Source: an uncultured Verrucomicrobiae bacterium
GTDB taxonomy: Bacteria > Verrucomicrobiota > Verrucomicrobiia > Chthoniobacterales > Chthoniobacteraceae
Direction of reading: 5' to 3'
NCBI GenBank assembly: GCA_963836755.1
Contig: CAWIKF010000002.1
Coordinates: forward strand, 64,001-128,000
DNA: 64,000 nucleotides
Shown: in pieces, positions 15,078-24,852 of the stretch
How positions within the stretch are numbered: position 1 is the first letter of the stretch
Layout of the letters: every line of letters starts with the position of its first letter
Made by a program: the position numbers and the translations under genes
Notes under the pieces: generated by a model
What the model saw: the letters and a program-made list of their open reading frames with translations, nothing else
What the model was told of the DNA's origin: nothing
Databases searched by the model: none

Positions 15078-15737
15078 GTGCATTTTTTCCATACGCACCG
15101 CGAAACTGCCGCGCTCCTCGCGTTGTTGGCGCTCGCCATTTTTTCCGGACAATCTCTCGCGGCAGACGCGTCCGACGTCGGCTGGACGCTCAGCAGTCAC
15201 GGCAACGGCGTCGCGATTTACAGCCGCGTCCACGCGGGCACTGGCGTCAAAGAATTCAAGGCCGTGGGGGACATTGAAGCTCCACCGCGCGCCGTGCAGG
15301 CCGTGCTCGACGACGTCGAGGCGTATCCGCATTTCATGCCGTTCGTGGTCGAGTGTCGCGTGATCTCGCGCGACGCGGATTCGATCGTGAGCTACCAGCG
15401 GATCTCACCGCCGCTCTGCGCGGATCGGGATTACACTTTGCGCGTCTGGCATGAAAATGAGCGTGCGCCCGGCGGCCGCACCTTCCGCAGCCATTGGGAA
15501 GCCGCAAACGCGCTCGGACCTGCGGAAAGGCCGAAAGTGGTGCGGGTGAAAATCAATGAAGGAAGCTGGCTCCTCGAGCCGGATGGCGAAAATAAAACGT
15601 GTGCGACATATCGCGTCTACACCGACACGGGCGGCGCGCTGCCCGCTTTCATCGCGAACAAAGCCAATCAAGTTGGCATCGAGAAAATCTTCGCCGCCAT
15701 GCGGCAGCAAGTTAAAGAAGCGAAATACAATCGGTAA
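15078..15737 (+). CDS. Secreted START/SRPBCC-domain lipid-binding protein
   Basis: Signal peptide, W...GVAIYSR...KEFKA, DRDY, GSWLLEP, DTGGALPAFIAN; start uncertain. Confidence 0.78.
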   Translation: MHFFHTHRETAALLALLALAIFSGQSLAADASDVGWTLSSHGNGVAIYSRVHAGTGVKEFKAVGDIEAPPRAVQAVLDDVEAYPHFMPFVVECRVISRDADSIVSYQRISPPLCADRDYTLRVWHENERAPGGRTFRSHWEAANALGPAERPKVVRVKINEGSWLLEPDGENKTCATYRVYTDTGGALPAFIANKANQVGIEKIFAAMRQQVKEAKYNR

Positions 15738-15776
15738 ACTTCCGAAAATGCGGAGAATTTTTGATTCCGCGGTCCC

Positions 15777-17360
15777 TCAATGTCCCGGTGTGACTTTGCC
15801 CTCGGTCTTGCGGAGCATGAATACAATCAAGATCACCGCGAGAGTCCCGAGCATCATCGTCCAGAAAACGTCGAGATACGACAGCATCGCTGCCTGCTGC
15901 TGGACGGCGTTGTAAATCGATCCTAGCGCCTGGTCGCTGCCAGCGACGGTGCCGGAGCCCTGATGGTGCAGGCGCGCGGCAAAATTTTTCAATGCCGCGA
16001 CATAGGTCATATTGTAAGGCGTGAGATGCTCGACGAGGCGCGATTGATGGAACTGCGAGCGCCGCGAAAGCCACGTCTGGCAGAGCGAAATGCCGAAGCT
16101 GCCGCCGATGTTGCGCGAGAGATTGATGAGCGCCGAAGCGTTGTTGCGCTTGCCCGGCGGCAGCCCGACGAACGCCACGGTGTTGATCGGCACAAATAAA
16201 AATCCGAGCCCCGCCGCCTGGAAAATTCGAGCCCACATCGCATCCTGAAATGAGATGCCGCTGTTGAATCCGGTCATGTGGTAAAGCGCCGCTGCCTCGA
16301 TGATCAATCCGAACGCGACGAGGTAGCGCGGCTGCGCTTTTCGCGAAAGCAAAATACCAACGATTGGCATCGACGCCATCGTCGCGAATCCGCCCGGCGT
16401 CATGGCCAGGCCGGCATCGGTCGCGGTGTAGCCGAGCACGGTTTGAAGGAATTGCGGCAGCAGTTGCGTCGTGCCGTAAAGGATGAACCCGACCGAAAAC
16501 ATGACGACATTCGCCGCGAAAAAGTTGCCGATTTTCAGCAACGGCAAATCGACGATTGGGTCTTCGCACCGAAGTTCCCGGATGATCAGCGTGATGAGCG
16601 CCGCGACTGAAATCACCGACATCCAGACGATCAAACTTGACGAAAACCAATCGTCGCGTTCGCCTTTGTCGAGCACGATCTGCACGCCGCCAAGGCCGAT
16701 GGCTACAAGCGCGAAGCCCAAATAATCGATGCTCAACTTTTTCTTTTTTCCCGTCCGGAGCGCTTCGGGCCCGATCTCCTCCGGCACGAACATTCCCGCG
16801 AGAAAAAGCGAAAGAAACCCGACGGGGACATTGATGAGAAAAATCCAGTGCCACGAGTAATTGTCCGTGATCCAGCCGCCAAGCGTCGGACCGATCGCCG
16901 GCGCGACGACCACGGCGACGCCATAAAGCGCAAAGACTTGTCCATGTTTTTCCGGCGGAAAACTGTCGGCCAAAATCGATTGCTCACTCGGCGCGAGACC
17001 GCCGCCGCCGAGCCCCTGCAGCACGCGGAAAAAAATCAGCGCGCTGAGATTCGTCGCGAGACCGCAGAGGAGCGAGCTGACCGTGAACAGGGCGACGCAG
17101 ATCATGTAAAAACGTTTGCGGCCGATGGTCGTGGCGAGCCAGCCGCTGATCGGAAGCACGATCGCGTTTGCCACCAGATAGCTCGTCAGCACCCACGTGC
17201 TTTCGTCGAGGCCGGCGGAAAGTCCGCCCGCGATGTGGCGCAGCGAGACATTCGCGATGGCGGTGTCGAGCACCTCCATGAAGGTCGCGATCGAAAGAAT
17301 GACCGCGACGCCCCACGGGTTTCCCGCGATTGCGCGACCGCGCGCGGCCAAGCCATTCAT
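15777..17360 (-). CDS. emrB: DHA2 family MFS efflux permease (EmrB-like)
   Basis: FMEVLDTAIANV, WVLTSYLVAN, FRVLQGLGGG, WIFLINVPVG; many TM helices. Confidence 0.93.
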   Translation of the reverse strand: MNGLAARGRAIAGNPWGVAVILSIATFMEVLDTAIANVSLRHIAGGLSAGLDESTWVLTSYLVANAIVLPISGWLATTIGRKRFYMICVALFTVSSLLCGLATNLSALIFFRVLQGLGGGGLAPSEQSILADSFPPEKHGQVFALYGVAVVVAPAIGPTLGGWITDNYSWHWIFLINVPVGFLSLFLAGMFVPEEIGPEALRTGKKKKLSIDYLGFALVAIGLGGVQIVLDKGERDDWFSSSLIVWMSVISVAALITLIIRELRCEDPIVDLPLLKIGNFFAANVVMFSVGFILYGTTQLLPQFLQTVLGYTATDAGLAMTPGGFATMASMPIVGILLSRKAQPRYLVAFGLIIEAAALYHMTGFNSGISFQDAMWARIFQAAGLGFLFVPINTVAFVGLPPGKRNNASALINLSRNIGGSFGISLCQTWLSRRSQFHQSRLVEHLTPYNMTYVAALKNFAARLHHQGSGTVAGSDQALGSIYNAVQQQAAMLSYLDVFWTMMLGTLAVILIVFMLRKTEGKVTPGH

Positions 17361-18478
17361 CGCACCGCGACGTCTGGCACGACTGACATGCCGGGCGCGA
17401 GATCGCGCAGCTCATCCAGCGTCGCGTTAAACAAAATTTTCACCGGCAGGCGCTGCACAACTTTCACGTAATTGCCCGTCGCATTTTCCGGCGGCAGCAG
17501 GCTGAACGCCGCGCCTGTCCCGCTTTGAATGCTGTCCACGTGCCCGCGATATTTGCGGTCGGGAAACGCGTCCACTTCGATCTCCACTTCCTGTCCCGCG
17601 CGCATGTGCGTGAGCTGCGTTTCCTTGAAATTTGCGGTCACGTAAACATCGTGCGGCGTGAGCGCGAGCAGCGCCTGGCCGGGCGCGACGTAGTCGCCAT
17701 TTTCCACCGTGCGATGCGTCACGCGGCCATCCACGGGCGCGATGATTTTTGTGTAGGATAAATTCAAATCCGCCGCGACCAATTGCGCGCGAGCCTGCTC
17801 CAGATCAGCCTCCGCGGCCTTCACATTCGCATCAGCCGCGCCGATTTGCGCCAGCGCTGCCTCCTCTTTTTTCCGCGCGGCATCGACATTTGCCAGACTC
17901 GTGCGCGCAGCGGCGCGGGCATTGTCGACATCCTGTGGCGAGACGACGCGACGTTCCGCAAGCTGTTGCACACGCGTTAACTCCGCGCTCGCATTTTCCG
18001 CAGTCGCCTGCGCCGACGAGACGTCCGCCCGCGCCTGGCCAAGCGTCGCCTGCGTGACGACCTGCTGCGCCACAGCCTGCGCGACTTTGCCATTGACCGA
18101 GCCGACATTCGCGGCCGCCTCCGCGCGCGCAGCTTCATAATCGCGCGGATCGAGCTGCACGAGCAAATCGCCCGCGCGCACTTCCTGGTTGTCGTCCACG
18201 GCCACCCGCCGGACGATCGCCGCGACCTTCGGACTGATCTTCGAAACGTGCGCGTCGATGAACGCGTCGTCCGTCGTCTCGTGTGAGCGCGCGTGCAGAA
18301 ATTTCACGATTCCAAAAATCGCCGCGATGATCAACACAACCACGCCGATGGTGATGAACAAAGGCTTCCGGTTCGGTTTCCTCGGCGCCTCGTGATGCAC
18401 CGGCACGTCGCCGCTCTGCATCAAATCGTGGACGATTTCCTCGTCGTGCGCGAAAGGTTCGCTGGTTTTTGAATTCAT
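17357..18478 (-). CDS. emrA: HlyD/EmrA family periplasmic adaptor
   Basis: TTDDAFI, ANFKETQL, GTGAAFSLLPPENATGNYVKVVQRLPV. Confidence 0.93.
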   Translation of the reverse strand: MNSKTSEPFAHDEEIVHDLMQSGDVPVHHEAPRKPNRKPLFITIGVVVLIIAAIFGIVKFLHARSHETTDDAFIDAHVSKISPKVAAIVRRVAVDDNQEVRAGDLLVQLDPRDYEAARAEAAANVGSVNGKVAQAVAQQVVTQATLGQARADVSSAQATAENASAELTRVQQLAERRVVSPQDVDNARAAARTSLANVDAARKKEEAALAQIGAADANVKAAEADLEQARAQLVAADLNLSYTKIIAPVDGRVTHRTVENGDYVAPGQALLALTPHDVYVTANFKETQLTHMRAGQEVEIEVDAFPDRKYRGHVDSIQSGTGAAFSLLPPENATGNYVKVVQRLPVKILFNATLDELRDLAPGMSVVPDVAVR

Positions 18479-18570
18479 CGTGGACGTGGCTTAATCGGAA
18501 TTGTTGCAGCAAAGGATTGCACGTCTCGCGCGGTCGGAAAGCGGATTGTTCGGCAAAACCGTCGCCGCCG

Positions 18571-19350
18571 CTACTTCACATACTGTTTAACAAACATGAC
18601 CACAGCGAGCGTCAGTCCGATCGCCGTGATGAGATGACGCACGAACGCCTCTGGAACTTTTTGCGCAAAAAATGCCCCGAGGTAGCCGCCGCTGATCGCG
18701 CCGAAAGTCATCGCGCCAGCCGCCTCCCAATGGATGAGGCCTTTCATCACGAAATAAATCGCGGCGATCAAATTGATGAGAAACGCGAGCACGGTCTTCA
18801 CCGCATTCATCTCGTGAATCTTGCTGATGCCGAGCATGCCGAGCGACGCGAGCATCAGGATGCCGATGCCCGCGCCGAAGTAGCCGCCATAAATCGCGAC
18901 CGCGAATTGAAAGAGGGCCGCGCCGACGAGCCAGCGGGCGCTGCCCGGATGCGTTTCGCATTTCACGAGCCGCGCAAAAAAGCCGCGCGCCATGAAAAGC
19001 AGCGTCGCGAACAAAATCAAAAACGGCACCAGCCACTCGAACGTTTTTGACGGCGTGAGCGTGAGCAAAACCCCGCCGATCAAGCCGCCAAGCAGGCTGG
19101 CGAGCGCAAAGCGTCGAATCCAGGGAGCGGCGGCGCGCATGTTTCGCCGGTAGCCGAGGACGCCCGCGAGCGAGCCCGGCAGCAGCGCCACGGTGCTCGT
19201 CGCATTCGCATCGATCGCGCCGAGACCGGCAAAAATCAGCGCCGGAAACGTCAGGATCGTTCCGCCGCCCGCAATGGAATTCATCACCCCCGCGATGAAA
19301 CCCGCGCAAACGAGCAAAAGTATTTTACCGGCTGGCATCACGGCGTGCAC
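18571..19350 (-). CDS. TauE/SafE family exporter
   Basis: AGVMNSIAGGG, ANATST, YGGYFGAGIG motifs; hydrophobic. Confidence 0.88.
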   Translation of the reverse strand: MHAVMPAGKILLLVCAGFIAGVMNSIAGGGTILTFPALIFAGLGAIDANATSTVALLPGSLAGVLGYRRNMRAAAPWIRRFALASLLGGLIGGVLLTLTPSKTFEWLVPFLILFATLLFMARGFFARLVKCETHPGSARWLVGAALFQFAVAIYGGYFGAGIGILMLASLGMLGISKIHEMNAVKTVLAFLINLIAAIYFVMKGLIHWEAAGAMTFGAISGGYLGAFFAQKVPEAFVRHLITAIGLTLAVVMFVKQYVK

Positions 19351-19391
19351 GGTGCATCATTGGCACGCGGCAAGTGGAATGCGCCGAACCC

Positions 19392-19940
19392 TCAGCTCCG
19401 CGCCGGGATCATCCCACTTTGACGCGCGAAGTTAAAAATGCCGCCGGCGTCGATGACGGGGCGGACTTCGCCGAGGGGTTTGAGCTCGTAGGTTTTGCCG
19501 CGCACGGTGAGCGTGTCGTGGTCAAAGTCGAGCGTGGCTTCGTCGCCGGTTTGCACGAGATCGCAGAGGCGTTCTTTCGCGTCGTAGGGATAAAGTTCGC
19601 CGGTGGCGACGCAATTTCTAAAAAAGATGCGGGCAAAACTTTCGGCGATCACGGCCTGGACGCCGGCGGCGCCGAGTGCGATCGGGGCGTGCTCGCGCGA
19701 GCTTCCGCAGCCAAAATTCCGCCCGGCGATGATGATCTGGTATTCGGTTTTCGCGCTGCCGGGTGTGACGAGGTCGATCGGATATTTTTCGTCCGGCAGG
19801 CCGATGAGGGCAAAGCTGCCGAGCTTTTCGTATTCCTCGGGAATCGTCGGGACGAGCGTCAAATACTGCGCGGGGATGATCTGGTCGGTGTCGATGTTAT
19901 CGTGGACGACGAAGACTTTGCTGGTGACGGTGTGAGGCAT
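19392..19940 (-). CDS. leuD: 3-isopropylmalate dehydratase small subunit
   Basis: DNIDTDQIIPA, GRNFGCGSSREHA, SFARIFFRN. Confidence 0.9.
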   Translation of the reverse strand: MPHTVTSKVFVVHDNIDTDQIIPAQYLTLVPTIPEEYEKLGSFALIGLPDEKYPIDLVTPGSAKTEYQIIIAGRNFGCGSSREHAPIALGAAGVQAVIAESFARIFFRNCVATGELYPYDAKERLCDLVQTGDEATLDFDHDTLTVRGKTYELKPLGEVRPVIDAGGIFNFARQSGMIPARS

Positions 19941-19976
19941 GGCGGTGATGAGGCTAAGAGCGCGGGGCGTTTGGTT

Positions 19977-20405
19977 TCAATAGCGGAAGCCGGGCAGCGG
20001 CGTTTGTGGGTTTGCCTGCGGCAGTGCGGGGGATGGAAGCAGGAGTTGCTCTTCGCGCGTGGCGGGAGGTTCGTGACTTTTGCCGGTCTGGCGAAATTTC
20101 GGCGTGGGCGAAGGCTCCGGTTCCGGCGGCGCGACGGCGAGATCTTCGGTGGAGACGTAGCCGGTTTCTTTGTTGGCGGTGGTGACTTTGCTGTAGCCAA
20201 ACTCGTTGCTCACCATCGTGAGGCGGTCTCCTTTCGCGAGCAGGAGATCGGGGCCGTTCGGCTGGGCGGGGCCGATTTTGTAGAATGGCGTGTGCAGTGC
20301 GGTCACGATGTAGTCGATGCCATTGTGCGCGGCGTTTCCACCGGTCGCGCAACCGCTCGCGAGCAATGCGAGGCCGAGGAAAAGAATCGCGAACTTTGTT
20401 TTCAC
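19977..20405 (-). CDS. Lipoprotein with SH3b-like domain and Pro-rich tail
   Basis: Lipobox LASGC; L.KGD.L.....FGYSKV......TGYVS pattern. Confidence 0.7.
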   Translation of the reverse strand: MKTKFAILFLGLALLASGCATGGNAAHNGIDYIVTALHTPFYKIGPAQPNGPDLLLAKGDRLTMVSNEFGYSKVTTANKETGYVSTEDLAVAPPEPEPSPTPKFRQTGKSHEPPATREEQLLLPSPALPQANPQTPLPGFRY

Positions 20406-20427
20406 GCGCCCACAACCCTCGCGCCGC

Positions 20428-21816
20428 TCAGCTCAGGAATTCCCGCGGATCGGTGATCGAGCCCGTGAGCGCCGACGCGGCCACGGTGTAGGGGCTCGCG
20501 AGGAAAACCTGCGCTTCCTTGCTCCCCATGCGGCCGGGAAAATTGCGGTTCGTGGCGCTGATGCATTTCATCGGCGCATTCATGCGGCCAAATGTGTCAA
20601 CAGGGCCGCCGAGGCACGCAGCACACGACGCATTTTCCGTCATGCGCACGCCGGCGTTCTCGAGAATTTCCCAGACGCTGTGGCCGTCCCATTGCGTTTG
20701 CTTCAATTCCGCCACGACCTTCGTCGTCGCCGGCACGCCGAACGTGTCGATCTTCACCGATTTGCCGCGAACGATTTCGGCAAAGGCGAGAAAGTCGCTG
20801 GTTTTGCCGCCGGTGCACGAGCCGATGTAAGCGCGGTCGAGTTTGACGTCGCCAAGGTTTTTTGCCAGCGCTCGGTTTCCCGGATCGGGATGGACCGCGA
20901 CGGTCGGCTCGAGCTGCGAGAGGTCGAACGTTTTGTCGTAGATGAAACTTTGATCGCGGTCGATCTCCACCGGCTCGAACTCGTTCTTCGTCCCGTTTTC
21001 CGCGACACGCTCGCGGACGTAGTCGCCTGTTTTTTCGTCGTAAGGAAAGATGCCGTTCTTGCCGCCCGCCTCGATCGCCATGTTCGCGATCGTCATCCGA
21101 TCGTCCATCGTCATCGCGTTCACGCCCGGGCCTTCCCATTGCATCGCGCGATAGGTCGCGCCGTCGAAACCGATCTCGCCGATGACGTGCAGGATCACGT
21201 CCTTCGCCATCACGCCGGCCGGCAGCGCGCCTTCGCAGAAAAAGCGCATCGTTTCCGGCACCTTGAGTAAAAGTTTGCCGGTGCCGAGGATGAAGCCGGC
21301 GTCGGTATTGCCGATGCCGGTCGCGAATTGATTGAAGGCGCCGGCCATGCAGGTGTGCGAATCGGTGCCGAAAAGGATTTCGCCGGGGCGCGTGTGGCCT
21401 TTCCACGGCAATGTCGTGTGACAAACGCCTGTGTAACGGTTGCCATACTGTTGCTTGAGCTGGCCGCGCGTCGTATCGAAGTGCCAGTGGCCGGCCGGGT
21501 CGTCGATCACGTCGTAAAAATAGGGCAGCTCCTGCTCGTTGACGAAGTCGCGCAGGATGTCGACGTTGCGGTTGCTCATCGAGTCCGCGGTGAAAATGTA
21601 ATGGTCGGGAATGATGACGACTTTTTTTGCATCCCAGACTTTTGCGGCCGCGCCAAACTCCCGCTTGAAGACGCCGATCGTGCCGGGCCCGCAGACGTCG
21701 TGCGTCATGAGGATATCGACATTTACCCAAACGTTGTCGCCGGGGACGACGTGTGATTTGCCGCTGGCGCGCGCGAGAATCTTTTCCGTGAGAGTCATGG
21801 GACGGTGACTTTCCAT
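20428..21816 (-). CDS. leuC: 3-isopropylmalate dehydratase large subunit (aconitase family)
   Basis: MTLTEKILA, PDH, GTDSHTC, IGSCTGG, CAACLG, TNRNFPGRMG; three [4Fe-4S] cysteines present. Confidence 0.9.
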   Translation of the reverse strand: MESHRPMTLTEKILARASGKSHVVPGDNVWVNVDILMTHDVCGPGTIGVFKREFGAAAKVWDAKKVVIIPDHYIFTADSMSNRNVDILRDFVNEQELPYFYDVIDDPAGHWHFDTTRGQLKQQYGNRYTGVCHTTLPWKGHTRPGEILFGTDSHTCMAGAFNQFATGIGNTDAGFILGTGKLLLKVPETMRFFCEGALPAGVMAKDVILHVIGEIGFDGATYRAMQWEGPGVNAMTMDDRMTIANMAIEAGGKNGIFPYDEKTGDYVRERVAENGTKNEFEPVEIDRDQSFIYDKTFDLSQLEPTVAVHPDPGNRALAKNLGDVKLDRAYIGSCTGGKTSDFLAFAEIVRGKSVKIDTFGVPATTKVVAELKQTQWDGHSVWEILENAGVRMTENASCAACLGGPVDTFGRMNAPMKCISATNRNFPGRMGSKEAQVFLASPYTVAASALTGSITDPREFLS

Positions 21817-21862
21817 CGCGCGCGGATGCTTATCAAATGGAAACTTCTCGCGCGGCGGCGGA

Positions 21863-23311
21863 TCACTCGGCAGTCGCGGGCGCGGATGGAGTCAAAGTTG
21901 CTGCGGGCGCCGGCGGATTTTCTTTTTTGTCTTTTTTCTTTCCGTCGGAGCTGTGTTTGCCGAAGAGACCTTGCAGCAGACTGCCGAATTCTTTTTGGAT
22001 TTTGCGCCCAAGGATGCGGTCGAGTAAATCGGTGCGCGGTCGGCCGACGGTGCCGTTGACGGTGAAATCGAGCGAGCGTGTTTCCTCCTCGCCGGGTTGA
22101 AAATTGCTCTCGATGAATGCGGGCAGCTGACGGCTGATTTTTTCGTTGATCGTCAGCCGCGAATCGAGATGCAGCCCGCCGTCAAAGTCCACAGTTCCTT
22201 TCGCGGCGAGCTGCAAATTCTGCGCACGCAGCTGCACGTCATCGACCTGAACCTGTTTGCCGCCGACGCGGAAATTCGCCTGCGCCTGCCGCAAATCCAT
22301 GCGCACAAGATCGCCGATTTGCAGCGCCTGCCCGAGCAGTTGGAAAAAGTTGTATTGCACTTCGCCGCCAGCGAGCGCGACCCGGCCGCTTCCGGTGACC
22401 GAGCCTTTGTCGCCGGCCGCGCCGTAAAGATCGAGCGAGCCGGAGAGCGCGCCTTTGACCTGATCCGCCATTCCGCCGGACTGGATGATGACTTTGTTCA
22501 CATCCACTTTGTCAAAATTCACATCGATCGTGAACGGCGTGTGCTTCTCCGATGTGTGGACGGTGAGATCGCCGCCGAGGTTTCCGCCGGCGATTTGCGC
22601 GGTGACTTTTTCCAGCGTCAAAGTTCCGGCGATGAAGCGAAACGGCGCGCGCAGATTCTGGAAAAAAAGTTCCTCGCGCACAGAACCGCTGCCGACCGTC
22701 GCCGTCCCTTCCGCCGAGCCGGGGCTGATCGCGGGTGAATCGACATCGACATCAGAAAACGCGACGACGCGGTGGCCCTTCGCGTCGTAAAAGTCGAACG
22801 AGCCGCCGCGGATGCGCAAATGTTTCACCTTCACCGAGAAGCGCGCCTCGTGCACGGGCGCCGCCGTCTCGATTGGCGCGAACTCCGGCTTCGGCTTCTC
22901 CGGTTCGCCCGGCTCCTTCGGCTCGCGCGGCTCGCTCGGCATCCGCCAAGTGCCCGCGCTATTTTGCACCCAGACGACCTTCGGCTGGTCGATCGTGATT
23001 TCATCGACGATGAGCTGCCGATGCAGCAGCGGGAAAATTTCAAAGAACGCCGCGAAGTCCGTCGCCTCGAGGAAATCGCCGCCGCCATCGGGTTGCGGCA
23101 CGGTGATGCCCGTGATTTTCAGGCCGCTCCACGGCGTCACGGTCGTCCGCGCCATTCGCACCTCGGTGCCGAGCGAGTCGCTGATGACCCGCGCGATGCG
23201 CGCCTGCGTGCCAGCGGACTGGACGTAAAGATTCATCGCGAGCGTCCCGATTGCGACGAGCGCGAGCACCGCGGCGAGGCCGATGAGAAAACCCTTGGCA
23301 AGTCTTGGCAC
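21863..23311 (-). CDS. AsmA-family protein
   Basis: N-terminal TM anchor, beta-rich repeats, AsmA-like C-terminus (V.GT...P); GTG start at 23311 inferred. Confidence 0.75.
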   Translation of the reverse strand: MPRLAKGFLIGLAAVLALVAIGTLAMNLYVQSAGTQARIARVISDSLGTEVRMARTTVTPWSGLKITGITVPQPDGGGDFLEATDFAAFFEIFPLLHRQLIVDEITIDQPKVVWVQNSAGTWRMPSEPREPKEPGEPEKPKPEFAPIETAAPVHEARFSVKVKHLRIRGGSFDFYDAKGHRVVAFSDVDVDSPAISPGSAEGTATVGSGSVREELFFQNLRAPFRFIAGTLTLEKVTAQIAGGNLGGDLTVHTSEKHTPFTIDVNFDKVDVNKVIIQSGGMADQVKGALSGSLDLYGAAGDKGSVTGSGRVALAGGEVQYNFFQLLGQALQIGDLVRMDLRQAQANFRVGGKQVQVDDVQLRAQNLQLAAKGTVDFDGGLHLDSRLTINEKISRQLPAFIESNFQPGEEETRSLDFTVNGTVGRPRTDLLDRILGRKIQKEFGSLLQGLFGKHSSDGKKKDKKENPPAPAATLTPSAPATAE

Positions 23312-23355
23312 ATCGGGAAAGTATCCGCCGCCTGCGCGAAGAAAAGTCCAATTCG

Positions 23356-24222
23356 GTGCCACCCATTCTCATCATTTTCAATCCCGCGGCGCATAGCGAA
23401 AAGGCGCACGCGCTCCTCCGCAAAATCGAGCAGCTGCCCGGCGGCGCGCAAATCCGGCTGACCACCGCCCCCGGCGAAGCCCGCGCGATCGCCGAGAGCG
23501 CGGTGCGCAAAGGCGTCACCCGCATCGTCGCTGCCGGCGGCGATGGCACGATCAACGAAGTCGTCAACGGCATCGCACATTCCGACGTATCGCTGGGACT
23601 TTTACCGATCGGCACGATGAATGTTTTCGCCGCGGAGCTCGGCCTGCCGCTCAACAGTCTGCGCAAATGCTGGGACATCATCGAGCGCGGCGAGACGCGG
23701 CTGGTCGATCTGCCGCGCGCCAATCGCCACCAATTCGTCCAGCTCGGCGGCGTCGGCTTTGATGCGCAAATTGTCGCGGCGACGAGCTTTGACTCGAAAA
23801 AAACTTTCGGCCCGCTCAGCTACCTTCTTTCCGCGACGCAAATCGCCTCGCAGAAACCGCCGCGGCTCGTCATCGAATCGCCGGCGCACAACTGCAAAGG
23901 CTCGTTCGTCCTCATCGGCAACGGCCGCTACTACGGCGGGCCGTTCGTTATTTTCAAGGAAGCGCTCATCGACGACGGCATGCTCGACGTGCTCGTTTTT
24001 AAGAATCTCGGCTATCTCGATATCGTCCGCTACCTGCAGGCGATCATCTTCGGCACGCACACGCGGTTGAAGGACGTCGAATATTTCCAGACAAAGAAGG
24101 TCAGCATTCACAGCGAGGACGACGTGCCGGTGGAGGTGGATGGCGAAGTAATCGGCAAACTGCCGGTGACCTTCCGCATCGAGCCGCACGGGTTGAAAGT
24201 TTTCGCGCCGCGGCCGAAGTAA
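23356..24222 (+). CDS. Diacylglycerol kinase family (YegS/DagK-like) lipid kinase
   Basis: IFNPAA, AGGDGTINEVVNG, PIGTMNVFA, GVGFDA, EVDGE. Confidence 0.92.
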   Translation: MPPILIIFNPAAHSEKAHALLRKIEQLPGGAQIRLTTAPGEARAIAESAVRKGVTRIVAAGGDGTINEVVNGIAHSDVSLGLLPIGTMNVFAAELGLPLNSLRKCWDIIERGETRLVDLPRANRHQFVQLGGVGFDAQIVAATSFDSKKTFGPLSYLLSATQIASQKPPRLVIESPAHNCKGSFVLIGNGRYYGGPFVIFKEALIDDGMLDVLVFKNLGYLDIVRYLQAIIFGTHTRLKDVEYFQTKKVSIHSEDDVPVEVDGEVIGKLPVTFRIEPHGLKVFAPRPK

Positions 24223-24852
24223 CTACGGCGGCGTCCGCAGCCGCACGCGCGGTTCGGCCAGAAAGCGCGCCTTGTCGCCGTGTAAAACAAAGAGCAGCTC
24301 TCCGTCGCGCCGCCGCGTCTCGATGAGCTCCGTCAATTGCAGCGCGAGCAAAACTTTGACGCGCGTCTTTTCGTCCGGAATCTCGAGCGGGATTTTGTAA
24401 ATGCTCAGTCGCTCCTCGCGTGCGATCGCTGCCAGCAGCCGCTGCGCCAGCGCGACCTCGTCGGCGTCCAGGCGTCGCAGCGCGCGAAAGTTTCCCCATG
24501 CCGCGAGCGTCATCCGCGGCACCGCCAGCACCACATCGAGCGCCGTCTCGAGAATCGTCTTTTTGTCGCGCACTCGTTCGTCGGGCCAAATCCGCCGCGC
24601 CAGCCAGCAAAGCGCACAAAGAAGCAGCGCGCCCGCGGCGAAAATCGGCCCAAACTGCCACGGCACCTGCGCATCGAATGGCCGCGCAAAAGTCATCGCC
24701 AGCAAAACGAGCCAGTAGAAGACAAAATAGACGAGCGCCCATGCAGCAGCTGCCGCGAGCAGAGTCATCAATGCCAGCCCGATCACGCGGCGATTGTGCC
24801 GCGCGAAATGCTGCTGCAGCGGCGACTCCGCGGCCTCAGAGGGACGGTCCAC
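24223..24852 (-). CDS. Hypothetical membrane protein
   Basis: Two hydrophobic helices and a possible C-terminal winged-helix-like segment; overlaps larE stop; start inferred. Confidence 0.55.
   Translation of the reverse strand: MDRPSEAAESPLQQHFARHNRRVIGLALMTLLAAAAAWALVYFVFYWLVLLAMTFARPFDAQVPWQFGPIFAAGALLLCALCWLARRIWPDERVRDKKTILETALDVVLAVPRMTLAAWGNFRALRRLDADEVALAQRLLAAIAREERLSIYKIPLEIPDEKTRVKVLLALQLTELIETRRRDGELLFVLHGDKARFLAEPRVRLRTPP

Noticed and set aside
20597..21730. Long alternative-frame and antisense ORFs here and across the window
   Set aside because: Arg/Ala-rich shadows expected from high-GC codon bias; no recognisable motifs.
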